DNA of 64,000 nt from Macrostomum lignano (taxonomy: Eukaryota). The notes beneath the pieces are model-generated. The model worked only from the letters and a program-made list of their open reading frames with translations, made no database searches and was not told where the DNA came from. Both the position numbers and the translations under genes were made by a program. This document shows, one piece after another, positions 39,634-51,204 of this stretch (its first letter is position 1; every line of letters starts with the position of its first letter). The stretch covers positions 1 through 64,000 of the forward strand of contig NIVC01003469.1 in assembly GCA_002269645.1 (NCBI GenBank), given 5' to 3'.

Positions 39634-42600
39634 TGCTGCGGGCTGGCTTCTGCCCGAGCAGATTGAACTTTAATTTGTAATTGCCATAGACAAGTTTATT
39701 TGCCTGTACTGCGATTAGTTGGCGCAAGTGTCAAAGAGCCTTCGTGACAAAAAATAGAAACACATAAGTATTCAAGAAGACTCTGATAAGAGCAACGGCT
39801 GCAAGAGCCGAGAGTGCACGGCACACAACTTGCGTAAATATAACGCAATACAAAAGACAGACTTGTAACAGTGGCGTCGCAAGCAGTATGAAGAGCGGTG
39901 TGAAACAACCGTCGGCTACTGACAAGTCTCCTGCTTCGCCGCTCAAACACGCCAAAATGGTGGTGATGGCGGATGCTGAAGCACAAAGTCAGCCAATAAA
40001 AGGCTCGGATGGACCAGCGCGTGCGGTAGCTGGAGCTATGGAAATCGAGCGCCTGGAGTTAGGAAACAACTACTCCCGGTGGCTGGACAGATTTACAATC
40101 GTCGCGAAGTTCTACAGATGGGACTCGACGGCGAAGGCTCAGATGCTTCTGATGCGTCTCTCGACAGCATTGTACGACACGCTCGCAGATCAAGCTTCTC
40201 CGAAGAAACCAAGTGAGTTGTCTTACTCGGAGATAGAAACAGCTCTGACAAGCATCCTGGTCCCAGCTACGTTTGTTCTGGCGGAAAGATACTCTTTCCA
40301 GCTGTGCTCTCGAAAGTCAGGGGAAAGCGTTCGCACATATGCGGAGCGAGTCCTCAAGGCTGCGGAGAAGTGCGAATTTATAAACAAGGACGAGCGTCTG
40401 AGAGACCAATTTATTTGCGGACTGGCTGACCAAAACGTCATCGGCAAGCTGCTGGTCAAGGACCATCTGAGGCTCAGCTTCAAGGAGGCAGTTGCTGAGG
40501 CTGAAGCACATTCAGCATTAGTCTCAACGGACATCATGAAGAGTGCCCCGAAATCTGAAAATTCTGGGATAATGAGCATTGGAATGTTAAAATCGTCATC
40601 AAAACCGCGGATCAAGGGAGTGAATCGACAACAGTCACAGACTCAAAGCTCATCAAAATGCTCGCGCTGTGGAACAAGCCACGGAAAAGACGCGTGTCCA
40701 GCTTATGGAAAGACATGTCGTAAGTGTGGGAAGCAGAACCATTTTCAGAAAATGTGCCGCTCAAAGTTTGTTGTCCCGAACCAGAAAAACACAGCTGCAG
40801 TTCAGCACTTAGACGAGCACTCGCAGTCAGATCATGTCTTCATGGTTGGTGCAACTTCAAGGCAACCTTTGTCTACGGATGCAGTCACAGTGACCCTTGA
40901 CTTCATATCATCAAGTGATAAGGTATCAATTCCGTGCCAGGTGGATACTGGGGCAGCAGTTTCAGTTATGTCTGACCGGGTCTGGAAGCAAATCGGCACC
41001 CCTGAACTGCAGCCTAGCAGCATCACTTTGACAGGATATACCGACGCGCATCAATTCAAAATGTTGGGCCATTTCATCAGCAAAGTGAGTTACCAAAGAA
41101 AAGTGCACCGAATACCATTCAAAGTGGTTCGTTCTGATCGACCGTTTGCTCTACTCGGCAGGGACATTTTGACCATAGAAATAGATTTCAGCAAGGCTGA
41201 TGGAAGCGAAGCGACTAGAGTATTCAGAGCGAGACTAGAATTGATTCCGGATGCTCAGCCAAAGTACATCAAGGCACGGTCGATCCCTTTTGCCTATAAA
41301 GATCGACTGAAAGATGAGATTGACAAGTTGCTAGCTGAGGGAATCATTGAGCCAGTGACTTTTTCTCAATGGGCCTCACCCATTGTCATCGTTCCTAAGG
41401 CTGATGGTAGGCTGAGACTCTGTGTGGACTACAAGCAAACATTGAATCCACAGCTCATGAAGGACAGTCATCCAACACCGACCCCGGAAGAAGCTTTCAG
41501 TACAGTAGCAGGATGCCGAATGTACACCATCTTGGACTTAAAAGCAGCGTACAACCAGGTGGAATTGGAGGAGGACTCAAAGCCTCTCACGGTCATGTCT
41601 ACACCTTTCGGCAACTACCAGTACAACCGTTTGGTGTTTGGGATACGGACTGCTCCGAGTATTTTCCAGCGCTACATCAGTCAGGTCATACAGGATGTTG
41701 ATGGTGCAATTGCCTACGTCGATGACATTTTAATTGGTGGTGAGTCAGAGAAGCAGCTTAAGGATCGTGAGAGTCAAGTGCGAGAGCGTCTGGAACAACA
41801 TGGCCTCAAGGTCAACGAAGAGAAATGCCAGATTTGTCAGTCTCGGGTTCGCTTTCTCGGGTTTATCCTGGACAATGGCATGATCCTGCCCGACCCGGAG
41901 AAAGTGAGAGCCCTGCAAGAAATGGAGACTCCCAAGACGATGGCAGAACTAGAATCGCTCATCGGACTCGTCAGGTTCAGTGGCCGGTTTGTGCCCAATC
42001 TGTCGCACTACCTGGAGCCGTTGACTCGATTAATGCGCGGCAGAAGAGAATTCCAATGGGATTCTGAGCAAGATGAAGCTTTTCAGCGTATCAAGTCCTT
42101 GCTGACAGAAGATTCAGCTCTGGCTAATTACGACCCCAAGAAACCTGTGGCTCTGGAGTGTGATGCTTCCCAAAAAGGACTGGGCGGAGTTCTGATTCAA
42201 GACAACAGACCGGTTTTGTACATCAGCAAGAGGTTATCAGAAGCCGAGAAGAAGTATTCTCAGATCGAAAGGGAGGCCCTTGCAATTGTCTGGTCAACTC
42301 AGAGGTGTCAGCGGTTCTTAGCGGGACGTCATTTCAAGCTGATCACGGATCACAGACCATTAACCTACATCTTTGGGCCGAACGAGGGCTTGCCTACGCG
42401 CGTATCAGCACGCCTTCAAAGATGGGCCATATCGCTAATGGCTTTTGACTACACCATCGAGTATCAACGGTCGCAGCTTATGAAATCAGACGCTCTGTCC
42501 CGGTTGCTTAACAACGAGACGGCTCGGACGTATACAATCGGGAGCATCCAACTACCCTCAACGATCATATCCATTCAAGAGGTTAGAGACCAATCACAGG

Positions 42601-43981
42601 ATTGCCCAGAGATTGTTCTGTTAAAAAAAGCCATCCGGACGAGCAACTTTAACGACCCGAGAATCCGCCCCTACAAGGCAGTGGCGGACGAACTGACGAT
42701 CGAGTCGGACGTGGTACTCCGGGAGATGCGAGTCATTCTTCCAAAGACGTTGCGGTTATCGGCAGTCCAAACGGCACACAGCACACATCTAGGCATTGAC
42801 CAAACCAAGTCACTGTTAAGAGCACAATTTTGGTGGCCCGGCTTGGATCGAGATGTAAAACAACTCATCGGAAATTGCAAGACGTGCAAAATGGTCAAGG
42901 CTAGCAATCGAAACTACCTAAAATCTTGGCCGACAGCAATGGACGCTGGAGAGCGCGTTCATGCGGATTTTGCGGGTCCAATAGATGGCCAATATTTGTT
43001 GGTGCTGGTGGACGCCATGTCGAACTACCCTGAGGTGCATCTGACCGCCAACATGGAGTCATCTACAGTCATCTCTAGGCTACGGAGAACTTTTTCGCAG
43101 TGGGGTGTGCCAAGGACACTTGTCACCGACAACGGCCCAAGCTTCGTCTCAGCTGAAACAACACAGTGGCTGAAAGCAATCGGGTGCAGCCATGTGACCA
43201 CACCTCCATATCACCCTCAGAGCAACGGACTCGCAGAGAGATTTGTCCGCACAATGAAAGAATCTGTGTCAGCGTTGGGTCTGAGTCAACACAACATTGA
43301 CAAGTTCCTACTGTTCTACCGATCATCCAAAGGAAACGATGGTCGCACACCGTCGGAGAAGTTTCTAGGTCGAAACATCCGGACTCCTTTGATGACAGAG
43401 TTTTCTGGAGATGACAATGTGGTGTACAGGACACAAGGAGCTACGTCACTAGCCAGAATCGTCCTGCCTACAGGCCGCAACACGGCAATCATCAAGCTTG
43501 AGAACGGCTTGTACAAGAAGGCTCACAGAGACCAGATACAGAGCTTCAAGGGCAGCGATGACAAGGACGTTGGCCCGGAACAAGCTACCACTGGTGCTGC
43601 TGGTGAGGTCGATCACCCTCCAGCTATGCGCCCTGGAGAAGAGGAGCGGGAGCAGCAGCAGCAGCAACCCAGAAGAAGTGAAAGACTGATGAACAGACCG
43701 ACTGTGAATTATAAGGAGTGAACTGTAATTTTGAAGCAGGGAGGTGCTGCGGGCTGGCTTCTGCCCGAGCAGATTGAACTTTAATTTGTAATTGCCATAG
43801 ACAAGTTTATTTGCCTGTACTGCGATTAGTTGGCGCAAGTGTCAAAGAGCCTTCGTGACAAAAAATAGAAACACATAAGTATTCAAGAAGACTCTGATAA
43901 GAGCAACGGCTGCAAGAGCCGAGAGTGCACGGCACACAACTTGCGTAAATATAACGCAATACAAAAGACAGACTTGTAACA
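39634..43981 (+). mobile_element. Full-length Ty3/gypsy LTR retrotransposon, 4348 bp
   Basis: LTRs 39634-39870 and 43745-43981 (237 bp, TG...CA, no difference seen by eye); 5-bp TSD CAACC at 39629-39633 and 43982-43986; primer-binding site TGGCGTCGCAAGCAG at 39872; polypurine tract GAAGCAGGGAGG before the 3' LTR. Confidence 0.97.
39888..43721 (+). CDS. Gag-Pol polyprotein (1277 aa): gag with Zn knuckles, aspartic protease, RT, RNase H, integrase
   Basis: CSRCG..H..C and CRKCGKQNHFQKMC; VDTGA; YVDDILI; CDAS..G; AH..H..C..C; HADFAGP..DNG..SNGLAER; PR-RT-RH-IN order is the gypsy order. Confidence 0.97.
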   Translation: MKSGVKQPSATDKSPASPLKHAKMVVMADAEAQSQPIKGSDGPARAVAGAMEIERLELGNNYSRWLDRFTIVAKFYRWDSTAKAQMLLMRLSTALYDTLADQASPKKPSELSYSEIETALTSILVPATFVLAERYSFQLCSRKSGESVRTYAERVLKAAEKCEFINKDERLRDQFICGLADQNVIGKLLVKDHLRLSFKEAVAEAEAHSALVSTDIMKSAPKSENSGIMSIGMLKSSSKPRIKGVNRQQSQTQSSSKCSRCGTSHGKDACPAYGKTCRKCGKQNHFQKMCRSKFVVPNQKNTAAVQHLDEHSQSDHVFMVGATSRQPLSTDAVTVTLDFISSSDKVSIPCQVDTGAAVSVMSDRVWKQIGTPELQPSSITLTGYTDAHQFKMLGHFISKVSYQRKVHRIPFKVVRSDRPFALLGRDILTIEIDFSKADGSEATRVFRARLELIPDAQPKYIKARSIPFAYKDRLKDEIDKLLAEGIIEPVTFSQWASPIVIVPKADGRLRLCVDYKQTLNPQLMKDSHPTPTPEEAFSTVAGCRMYTILDLKAAYNQVELEEDSKPLTVMSTPFGNYQYNRLVFGIRTAPSIFQRYISQVIQDVDGAIAYVDDILIGGESEKQLKDRESQVRERLEQHGLKVNEEKCQICQSRVRFLGFILDNGMILPDPEKVRALQEMETPKTMAELESLIGLVRFSGRFVPNLSHYLEPLTRLMRGRREFQWDSEQDEAFQRIKSLLTEDSALANYDPKKPVALECDASQKGLGGVLIQDNRPVLYISKRLSEAEKKYSQIEREALAIVWSTQRCQRFLAGRHFKLITDHRPLTYIFGPNEGLPTRVSARLQRWAISLMAFDYTIEYQRSQLMKSDALSRLLNNETARTYTIGSIQLPSTIISIQEVRDQSQDCPEIVLLKKAIRTSNFNDPRIRPYKAVADELTIESDVVLREMRVILPKTLRLSAVQTAHSTHLGIDQTKSLLRAQFWWPGLDRDVKQLIGNCKTCKMVKASNRNYLKSWPTAMDAGERVHADFAGPIDGQYLLVLVDAMSNYPEVHLTANMESSTVISRLRRTFSQWGVPRTLVTDNGPSFVSAETTQWLKAIGCSHVTTPPYHPQSNGLAERFVRTMKESVSALGLSQHNIDKFLLFYRSSKGNDGRTPSEKFLGRNIRTPLMTEFSGDDNVVYRTQGATSLARIVLPTGRNTAIIKLENGLYKKAHRDQIQSFKGSDDKDVGPEQATTGAAGEVDHPPAMRPGEEEREQQQQQPRRSERLMNRPTVNYKE

Positions 43982-44809
43982 CAACCCTACTTAGCACTAC
44001 TGTAACCCTACTAGCACTATTGCAACCCTACTAGCACTACTGCAACCCTACTAGCACTACTGCAAACCTACTAGCACCACTGTAATCCTATTATAGCGCC
44101 ACTGTAGGTCTACTATGGCGCCATAAATATGATGCTTCCATCGCCACTAGAGTTTTGAATTTAATTCCTGTCCAGTGCCTGTCTATCGGGGCAAATTGAA
44201 TAAAAGTCAGCAGATTCTGCGTTTCCTGCAGTTTCAGAGCTGTCCCAGAGTGTATTAGATAGGCTCAGATAAGCACTGTGCAAGCATAATTGATTGCTAG
44301 TTCTAACCCAAAACACCGGATCAATCATAAAGTGGTATGGTTCCAGGGAGACAGAGTCAGTTCTGTCACGAGTATGCGAGCGTATTCAATAGTCTGTCAA
44401 TAGTTTATATCAATATAAAATTGCAACATTAAAGAATAGAGATTATGTTTGGTCGCTTTTTACGAGGAGAAGCCAGAAACACTGTTCTAGATTATTATAG
44501 TTTAGGAGCATGTAACTAAAGCTAGACATAATCAGTAAAATAAAAGTTCAATTAAGTGTAGACTTACACTCAACGTATTGTAATACATTTAATATAAAGT
44601 TTGACGTCAATGCACAATAATCGTAATGGTTATTAAAGCTTATGACGAGTTTTGTCTTCCAACTTGATCAACAAATACGGCTCGTAGTCTATATATGAAT
44701 AAGCAAGATTGCCCAACCTGACATGGTCAGGCTGTTCAGAAGAAGCCAGTGCAAACCAATCATATTTGAGAGTCATTCGTCGTTCTGTAGTCGATATTCG
44801 CCATCCCCA

Positions 44810-46513
44810 TCAGCTCCTAAGTTCGATTTCCTCAGCATTTTCTCCACCCAGCGCTTGTTTCTCTCCGACATCGCATTCTGCAGTCTCTTGATCGCCGGTC
44901 CTTGAGCTGCTTCTCTTGGCCGACCTACGCTTGAGCAGCAGGGACACGCAGATGTAGACGAGTTCGAACATTTCGCAAACGGTGAGCACGCTGCAGCCGA
45001 TGTACAGACCCAGCAAACCTCCGGTGTCAGCCAGAAGGTCAGCGAATGTGTAAGACCAGGCTAGCATGACTTGTGGCGAGAGAAGCGAGTCGATAGTAAT
45101 TTGGACACTGAGCATCGACTCGGACACGTAGGAGTGGAAGATACCCTCCAGGTGGGCTGAGTGGTCACCCATTTGAAGCTGCTTTGCAATATCGGACACC
45201 CTAGCCAAAGCTGGCGCCTCAGCCTTGCTTACAGAGGTGCGGTTGAAGTATTCGGCGAAGTACCTTAAAATCGAACTGCCGGCGCTTGGCCACTTGCCAA
45301 ACGAGTAACTGGTGGAATAAATCGGATACGAGCAGGGGATTCTAGTTTTGCAGTACTTTTGGGCAAGAGTCTCAAGCTCGATTCGTCGTCCAGAGCCAGC
45401 TTTTCTCATTCTTTTGACAGTAGCTGCTGTCATCTCAGACATGTTGTTGCAGTGCGGATAGTCGCGAAATTCCCAAAACGACGGCCGCTGACTCAGCTGA
45501 CATCCAATCTCGTCAACTACCTGTACGTTAACATTTCTATAGTAGCAGGCAGCATTGCTGTAGTTGAATCGTTCCCGCTTGCCTGATAGCGAGTTCATGA
45601 ACTCGACTGGCGGAGTTTCCAACAGGCAGAACTTATCGTGCAGCTCCTCACTGCAGGTGCTTTCTGTCATCTTGAGCTGAACCGAGTACTCAAAGCCTGG
45701 AGACATGTGGAAGCTCTCCTCGAACCTTAGCGACGGATAAGCTCCTGGTGGCACAATCAGCATAGTAAAGCCGGATGTTCTCAACTGTTCATGATAGCGG
45801 TATGGGTGCCACTCAAGAAACGGAACCGAATTTCCATTGCTGTCAGCAATGGGCTGAATCGGATGCCCAGTGAAGTTGAGCTCAGCCAAGTAAGGGTCAG
45901 TTGACAGTCGCAACTTCAGCGTGCTACCTGGATTCATGATCATCTTTTTTAGTTTGTCACTGAGAATCAGCCGAAAGCAAACTAGATTCTCGTAGTTGTA
46001 AAACGCTTCCACATCAACATTATGCGCTACAAAATCATCGGTGATGGCCGCGAATTGAACTGATTCCTCCTTTCGAACCAGCAAATACTTTGCCAGCAGA
46101 TCAAATGGAAGCGACAACTGCACTAGAGGCGTCCACAAGAAGGCATGAAATAAAATGCTTTTCGGAACATCATACAGTTCTCCGAAGCGGTCAATCAGCT
46201 GTTTGATGCGGCTGTTTACCAAATCAGCCTCTTCCTTTGTCAGTGTGAAGGGATAGCTGCCCGAGTACGGGTTGATGGGACAAAAGTACAGATCTGGGAG
46301 CACGAAAGTTGCCTGATCCAATTGGTATTTCTTTGTCATCTCGCTCTTTTGCAGTTTGAGCACAAGGTTGATGCCGCTTTTCAGAAAAACGGCCAGGCAA
46401 ATGAGGAATAGCAGAATCCACATCACTCGAAGCAGTTTGTTCTCCGAGGCAGCTGCTCGACTGATGCCGTGAGCCGAGCTGGAGGCGATTGTCTCCGCTA
46501 ACTTTTTCGCCAT
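44810..46513 (-). CDS. DEG/ENaC (amiloride-sensitive channel family) subunit, intronless, about 567 aa from ATG 46513
   Basis: Pre-TM1 SSAHGISR motif, TM1 RVMWILLF, post-TM1 LPDLYFCPINPY, Cys-rich ectodomain, TM2 LLADTGGLLGLYIGCSVLTVCE with GxS filter. Confidence 0.92.
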   Translation of the reverse strand: MAKKLAETIASSSAHGISRAAASENKLLRVMWILLFLICLAVFLKSGINLVLKLQKSEMTKKYQLDQATFVLPDLYFCPINPYSGSYPFTLTKEEADLVNSRIKQLIDRFGELYDVPKSILFHAFLWTPLVQLSLPFDLLAKYLLVRKEESVQFAAITDDFVAHNVDVEAFYNYENLVCFRLILSDKLKKMIMNPGSTLKLRLSTDPYLAELNFTGHPIQPIADSNGNSVPFLEWHPYRYHEQLRTSGFTMLIVPPGAYPSLRFEESFHMSPGFEYSVQLKMTESTCSEELHDKFCLLETPPVEFMNSLSGKRERFNYSNAACYYRNVNVQVVDEIGCQLSQRPSFWEFRDYPHCNNMSEMTAATVKRMRKAGSGRRIELETLAQKYCKTRIPCSYPIYSTSYSFGKWPSAGSSILRYFAEYFNRTSVSKAEAPALARVSDIAKQLQMGDHSAHLEGIFHSYVSESMLSVQITIDSLLSPQVMLAWSYTFADLLADTGGLLGLYIGCSVLTVCEMFELVYICVSLLLKRRSAKRSSSRTGDQETAECDVGEKQALGGENAEEIELRS

Positions 46514-47664
46514 GAGCAGGTATTCAATCTGAAAAAGTGCCACAGGTTTGCTTGCTGTAGGCAATTTCAAACAAATAAAGGCGTTACGTTTGTGGCTTGT
46601 TTGTTGTATTATTAGGCAGTGTATATACATATGATACGATTCGCTCGTGTGCGCCTTGGGACTGACTCTCATGAGTCTAAATCGCCAGAGAGAAAGTCTA
46701 ATATTACCTGATGTGCACACAGACGCCAGATTTAAATTTGAGTTCAGCTAAACCTGAATTCGGATTTGCTTTAAAGGAGCTTAAAAAGTTCAGAAATAGC
46801 CTAAAAAGCTACCAACTAAAAACTTGCAACTGGTGGGGGCAGGGACTATGTGCATAAAGCAGACGCATGGTCAATTATATAGCTGTTTTCCGGTATGCCG
46901 TCTAGTGCAGCATCCATCAGATCATCTGATTCCCTATCCCAGTTGTCGGCTGTTGCTGCCTTGCTAAAATGCTAAAGCTCCCATTGACTGCCCGCTGCGC
47001 CTGTGTGGAGCGACGAGAGAGGAGGTACAGAAAAATTCGGTGGCCGTCTGGCCCACTGGCATGCACTGTGAGTGCAGCAATGTTCAGCAGAATACTATGT
47101 GGGTTCCTGTATTGATTTTTTACTGCACAACACGCGGCGCGCTTCTTCCTGCTGGATGCCGGAACTTACTGAAGCAAGCAGTTTGCGACAATATTTTGTG
47201 ACGAATATTGTGGTGGCCTCGAAAATAATCGACAAGACAAATACGGCAGAGCCAAATTTGTAGGCGGTAGCACTTGGCAATAATGGCGACTGATGCGGGC
47301 AATGGCCGCAGATTTTGTTTATTGTAACGGAGACAGACCAAAGTACTACTGAATTCGCAAACGATGCACTGGCGGCTACACAACAATAAGTTAGATGGTA
47401 GGAGGCAGAGGGGGTCGATGAGTGTGAGGCAACGGTGACGAAGTGATGGCGGTGAACGTACGGTGGCGGTGCTCGTAGTAAGAGCTCGAACTGACAGTAG
47501 AAGTGGCGTGACTGAGGCTGGCGAAGGCGTAGCTAGAACCGTGGCGGAGAGAGAAGGCAAGTAAAGAAGGAGTGAGAGCCCAAGGGCGGGCAGAGCAGCG
47601 CGGGGCAGGGTAGGGCTTGACGCGGGAGAACGGGTCTAACCCCGAGCGCTCAGCCAGACAGGAC

Positions 47665-48355
47665 GGGGGCGCTTCATAAGACCTAAATTTCACAACGCCT
47701 AAAGCACATGACTTCACATCACCTAAATTTCATAACGCCTAAATTTCATAACGCCTAAAACCGAAAATGCATCCTACTTCATTTCACCTAAATTTCATAT
47801 CGCCTAAATTTCATAACGCCTAAAACCGAAAATGCATCCTACTTCATTTCGCCTAAATTTCATATCGCCTAAATTTCATAACGCCTAAAACCGAAAATGC
47901 ATCCTACTTCATTTCGCCTAAATTTCATATCGCCTAAATTTCATAACGCCTAAAACCGAAAATGCATCCTACTTCATTTCGCCTAAATTTCATATCGCCT
48001 AAATTTCACAATGCCTAAAAATCTGCATGCTCTTTCATATCGCCTAAACTTCATATCGCCTAAATTTCATATCGCCTAAATTTCACAACACCTAAAACTG
48101 AATGTGAAGGAGAGAAGCAAAGATTTTAGGCGTTGTGAAATTTAGGCGATATGAAATTTAGGCGATGTGAAGGATGCTGCATTTTCGGTTTTAGGCGTTG
48201 TGAAATTTAGGCGATATGAAATTTAGGCGATGTGAAGGAGGCTGCACTTTTGATTTTAGGCGTTGTGAAATTTAGGCGATATGAAATTTAGGTGATGTGA
48301 AAGAGCGTGCAAATATTTTAGGCGTTGTGAAATTTAGGTCTTATTAAAGCGTCCC
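47665..48355. mobile_element. Non-autonomous foldback/MITE-like DNA transposon, 691 bp, 8-bp TSD GACAGGAC
   Basis: TSD at 47657-47664 and 48356-48363; termini GGGGGCGCTTCATAAGACCTAAATTTCACAACGCCTAAA and the reverse complement of GGGACGCTTTAATAAGACCTAAATTTCACAACGCCTAAA; arms built of inverted CCTAAATTTCAT subrepeats. Confidence 0.85.
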
Positions 48356-49364
48356 GACAGGACAGATAAAGAGCGGGCTGGGGGTGGTCGCGCGAGGAGA
48401 ACTTAACATAATCAATGCGCGGCTTTTCTATTGGCCGGCTGGAAAAAAACAGTAAACAGAAATTATCGATCGCGCACTGTACGCATGCTTTACAAATGTA
48501 CGCAAGCTGATTAAAATTCTTTGGACACTATTTTAAGCAGACGTGACAGTACGAAACCAACAATATTATAGATTGGTACCGTATGCTAAAACGGCCCTTG
48601 GCGGGGCTACTTAGACTGACAACGTCACAGTTTGACTGCCAGAGGCTTATAGTTCAGCAATATTATAACTGCCAACTAAGAAATTACCAAGCTACTCAGT
48701 CATCCACCACCTTTTAATTTTAAAAAGTGCTTTTAGGCCAAAGGAAATAGTATTCTTCACAGATACTATATACTAGATACTATATACTCGTAGCCAAACC
48801 TTCGAGAGCACGAATGCCTGTAGCTGTCGTGATCTCTGTCGAATGTGCTGACCTCTTCTCTTTGTGGTAGAGAAACTCGTTGCCCAGTGCTGACCGGCCG
48901 ACCTGCTGTCCGACGCGCAGGCGGTACTGCTGCTCAGGACCGAGCACTTGGAACATTCTGAACTCGGCTTTGTACTTCTTGCCTCTTAAGCTCTGGACCT
49001 CGATTCTCAACCGGCACCGCGAAGTCAAGGCGTAGCCGTTCTTTTCACCAGTTTTTGTCATCTCGGACAGACGAGCCAAGCCTGTGGGTTTGAAATACCA
49101 CAAATACTATATAGTGGTATCTGTGGTATTCTTCTGCGAATCATAGCTCGGACTAGCAATCTAGTGCCCCCCTTCGGGGCAAAGTTCAAGAAGAAGTTCA
49201 AGATTCAGGAAAGAGCAAAATATATTTATTTAAATTCTGGTAGCGATTAATATGGGGTCACTGGTAAAAATAAGCGTGGTTTCTTAAAGTATGAATACAC
49301 TTCGAAAACTTTTGAAACATTTATAAAATTGCTAATCCACATTGCAGAATCAGTTTCTAAGAAT

Positions 49365-49845
49365 CTACCAACAATCCCCCAATCAGGATTGCAATAATCC
49401 CCAGTCAGGCTTGCAATGATCCCAGTCAGGTTTGCAATGATCTACCTGTCAGGTGTGAAAAGATCCCAGTCAGATTTGCAATGATCCCCCCCAGTCAGGT
49501 TTGCAATAATCACAGTCAGGTTTGCAATAATCACAGTCAGGTTTGAAATGATCGCCCAGTCAGGTTTGCAATGATCTAGGCCTACCTGTCAGGTGTGAAT
49601 GATCGCCCAGTCAGGTTTGCAATGATCTAGGCCTACCTGTCAGGTGTGCAAAGATCCCAGTCAGGTTTGCAATGATGAGTCAGGTTTTCTCATCTCGTGC
49701 AGTGTTGTCTAATCTAGTGCAATAACTGTTTTCTAATCTAGTGCAATAATAGATGTCTAATCTAGTGCAATAATTGTTTTCTAATCTAGTGCAATTATAG
49801 ATTTCACATCTAGTGCAGTAATGGTTTTGTCATCGAGTACAATAT
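49365..49845. repeat. Degenerate tandem repeats (CAGTCAGGTTTGCAATGATC-like, then TCTAATCTAGTGCAATAA-like)
   Basis: Imperfect tandem units. Confidence 0.75.
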
Positions 49846-49894
49846 TTTTTAAATTGCATGATTTAAATATTTTATTTATAACTTTTAATAAAAA

Positions 49895-49968
49895 AGTTTA
49901 CACTACAAAGATTCGAACCCTGGCCACTGCAGAAGCACTCCAATCTGTTCACATCTAGGCTAGCCCTC
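49895..49968 (-). mobile_element. Possible degenerate tRNA-derived SINE head or tRNA pseudogene
   Basis: Minus strand has B-box-like GGGTTCGAATC about 35 nt after a weak A-box-like GCTAGCCTAGAT; no complete cloverleaf. Confidence 0.3.
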
Positions 49969-51204
49969 ATTGAATTAATAGAATGAATTGTAGCAGTTAT
50001 ATAATTCAACACTCACACGAAACAGTTTATGACATAATCAGTTTCTCAGCCAGTCAATATCAGCCTCAGTTAAATTTAACCATATGTTAACCATATGTAA
50101 AGTTAACAATTACACAAGTGATGCGTTTTGTACAAGACATGAAGTTTTGTTGACTACTCCGTGACTATTAGCTGCGTTTTGTACTCGTAGGCTAAGCAAA
50201 GGTCGGCAGTTCGAGTCTGCATTGAAGCAGATAACTTCGGTGAAATATTTGTGACATTTATTACTGTCTCCCATACATATTCAATATTTTAACAATCTGC
50301 TGTGAGTAATTGCTTATCTGGCGGGAACCTGATGGTAGTCGTGTCATAGCTATCACACGCAATGGTAGGGAAATTTATAGTTGCTTAACAAGACAAGACT
50401 GGACTTATTAATTTAAGCAATAAATGTTAATACGAATTAAGAGGATTGTAACAAAAATTTACGAGCGTGGAAGTGGCCTAAAAATAAATAGGAAATTCAA
50501 AATCACAGTAGTTAAAAACTTCTTTTGATTCTACTGAATGCGGGTGGTAAAGGGGACATTAAGCAATGTACTTTGTGTTGGCGTTGCCATCTGAATCCGC
50601 AACAGCCCTAGCAGTCTGGTTCTTGTACATCCGCCTGTAGTTGTCGATATCCGTCTGAGATATGCCGACATCACCACCAACTGATCCGTCATCCTTGATG
50701 CCGAGTGCATTTCGCAACTGCGCAACGAAGGCGCGCAAAGCCGGGCTGGCTTGAGTTTTGCTAACTGAAATGAATTCAGAATTGCGCTCTCATTTATTTT
50801 ATAATACTCATTTCTAGGAATTCTATTGATTTTTATCTTCTTCAATCTTCGTTTTTCTTTGTATTTAAAAAGCTCGATCGTCTTTTGAAGGCCCAGCAAA
50901 TAAGTGGTATCAACATTCAGCAAAGTCGTAAGCCAGATACTTTTTTATGCTTGTCTGTCATTGTTTACAAAAACTCTTGTCTTCCTAAAAACTGACAGAA
51001 AGGAATTGTGCACGTGGAAAAAATTTATTAGAACCACCCTTTGAACCGGCGTATTGTTAATAAAACTGACTACTTCAATCCAGGGGGATCGCCACGGCTT
51101 TTATGGTGGGGCGACAAAACCAAGAGTTTTGAGATCATTTAACCAATGATTAAATAAAATTCGTTCTAAATTTTGGGAATAGGTGTTGTTAGCACTAGGA
51201 GTTA

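Larger units (their letters stand above)
38370..44085. repeat. 20-bp minisatellite (TGCAACCCTACTAGCACTAC)n, interrupted by the LTR element at 39634-43981
   Basis: Tandem units at 38370-39633 resume at 43982. Confidence 0.95.
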
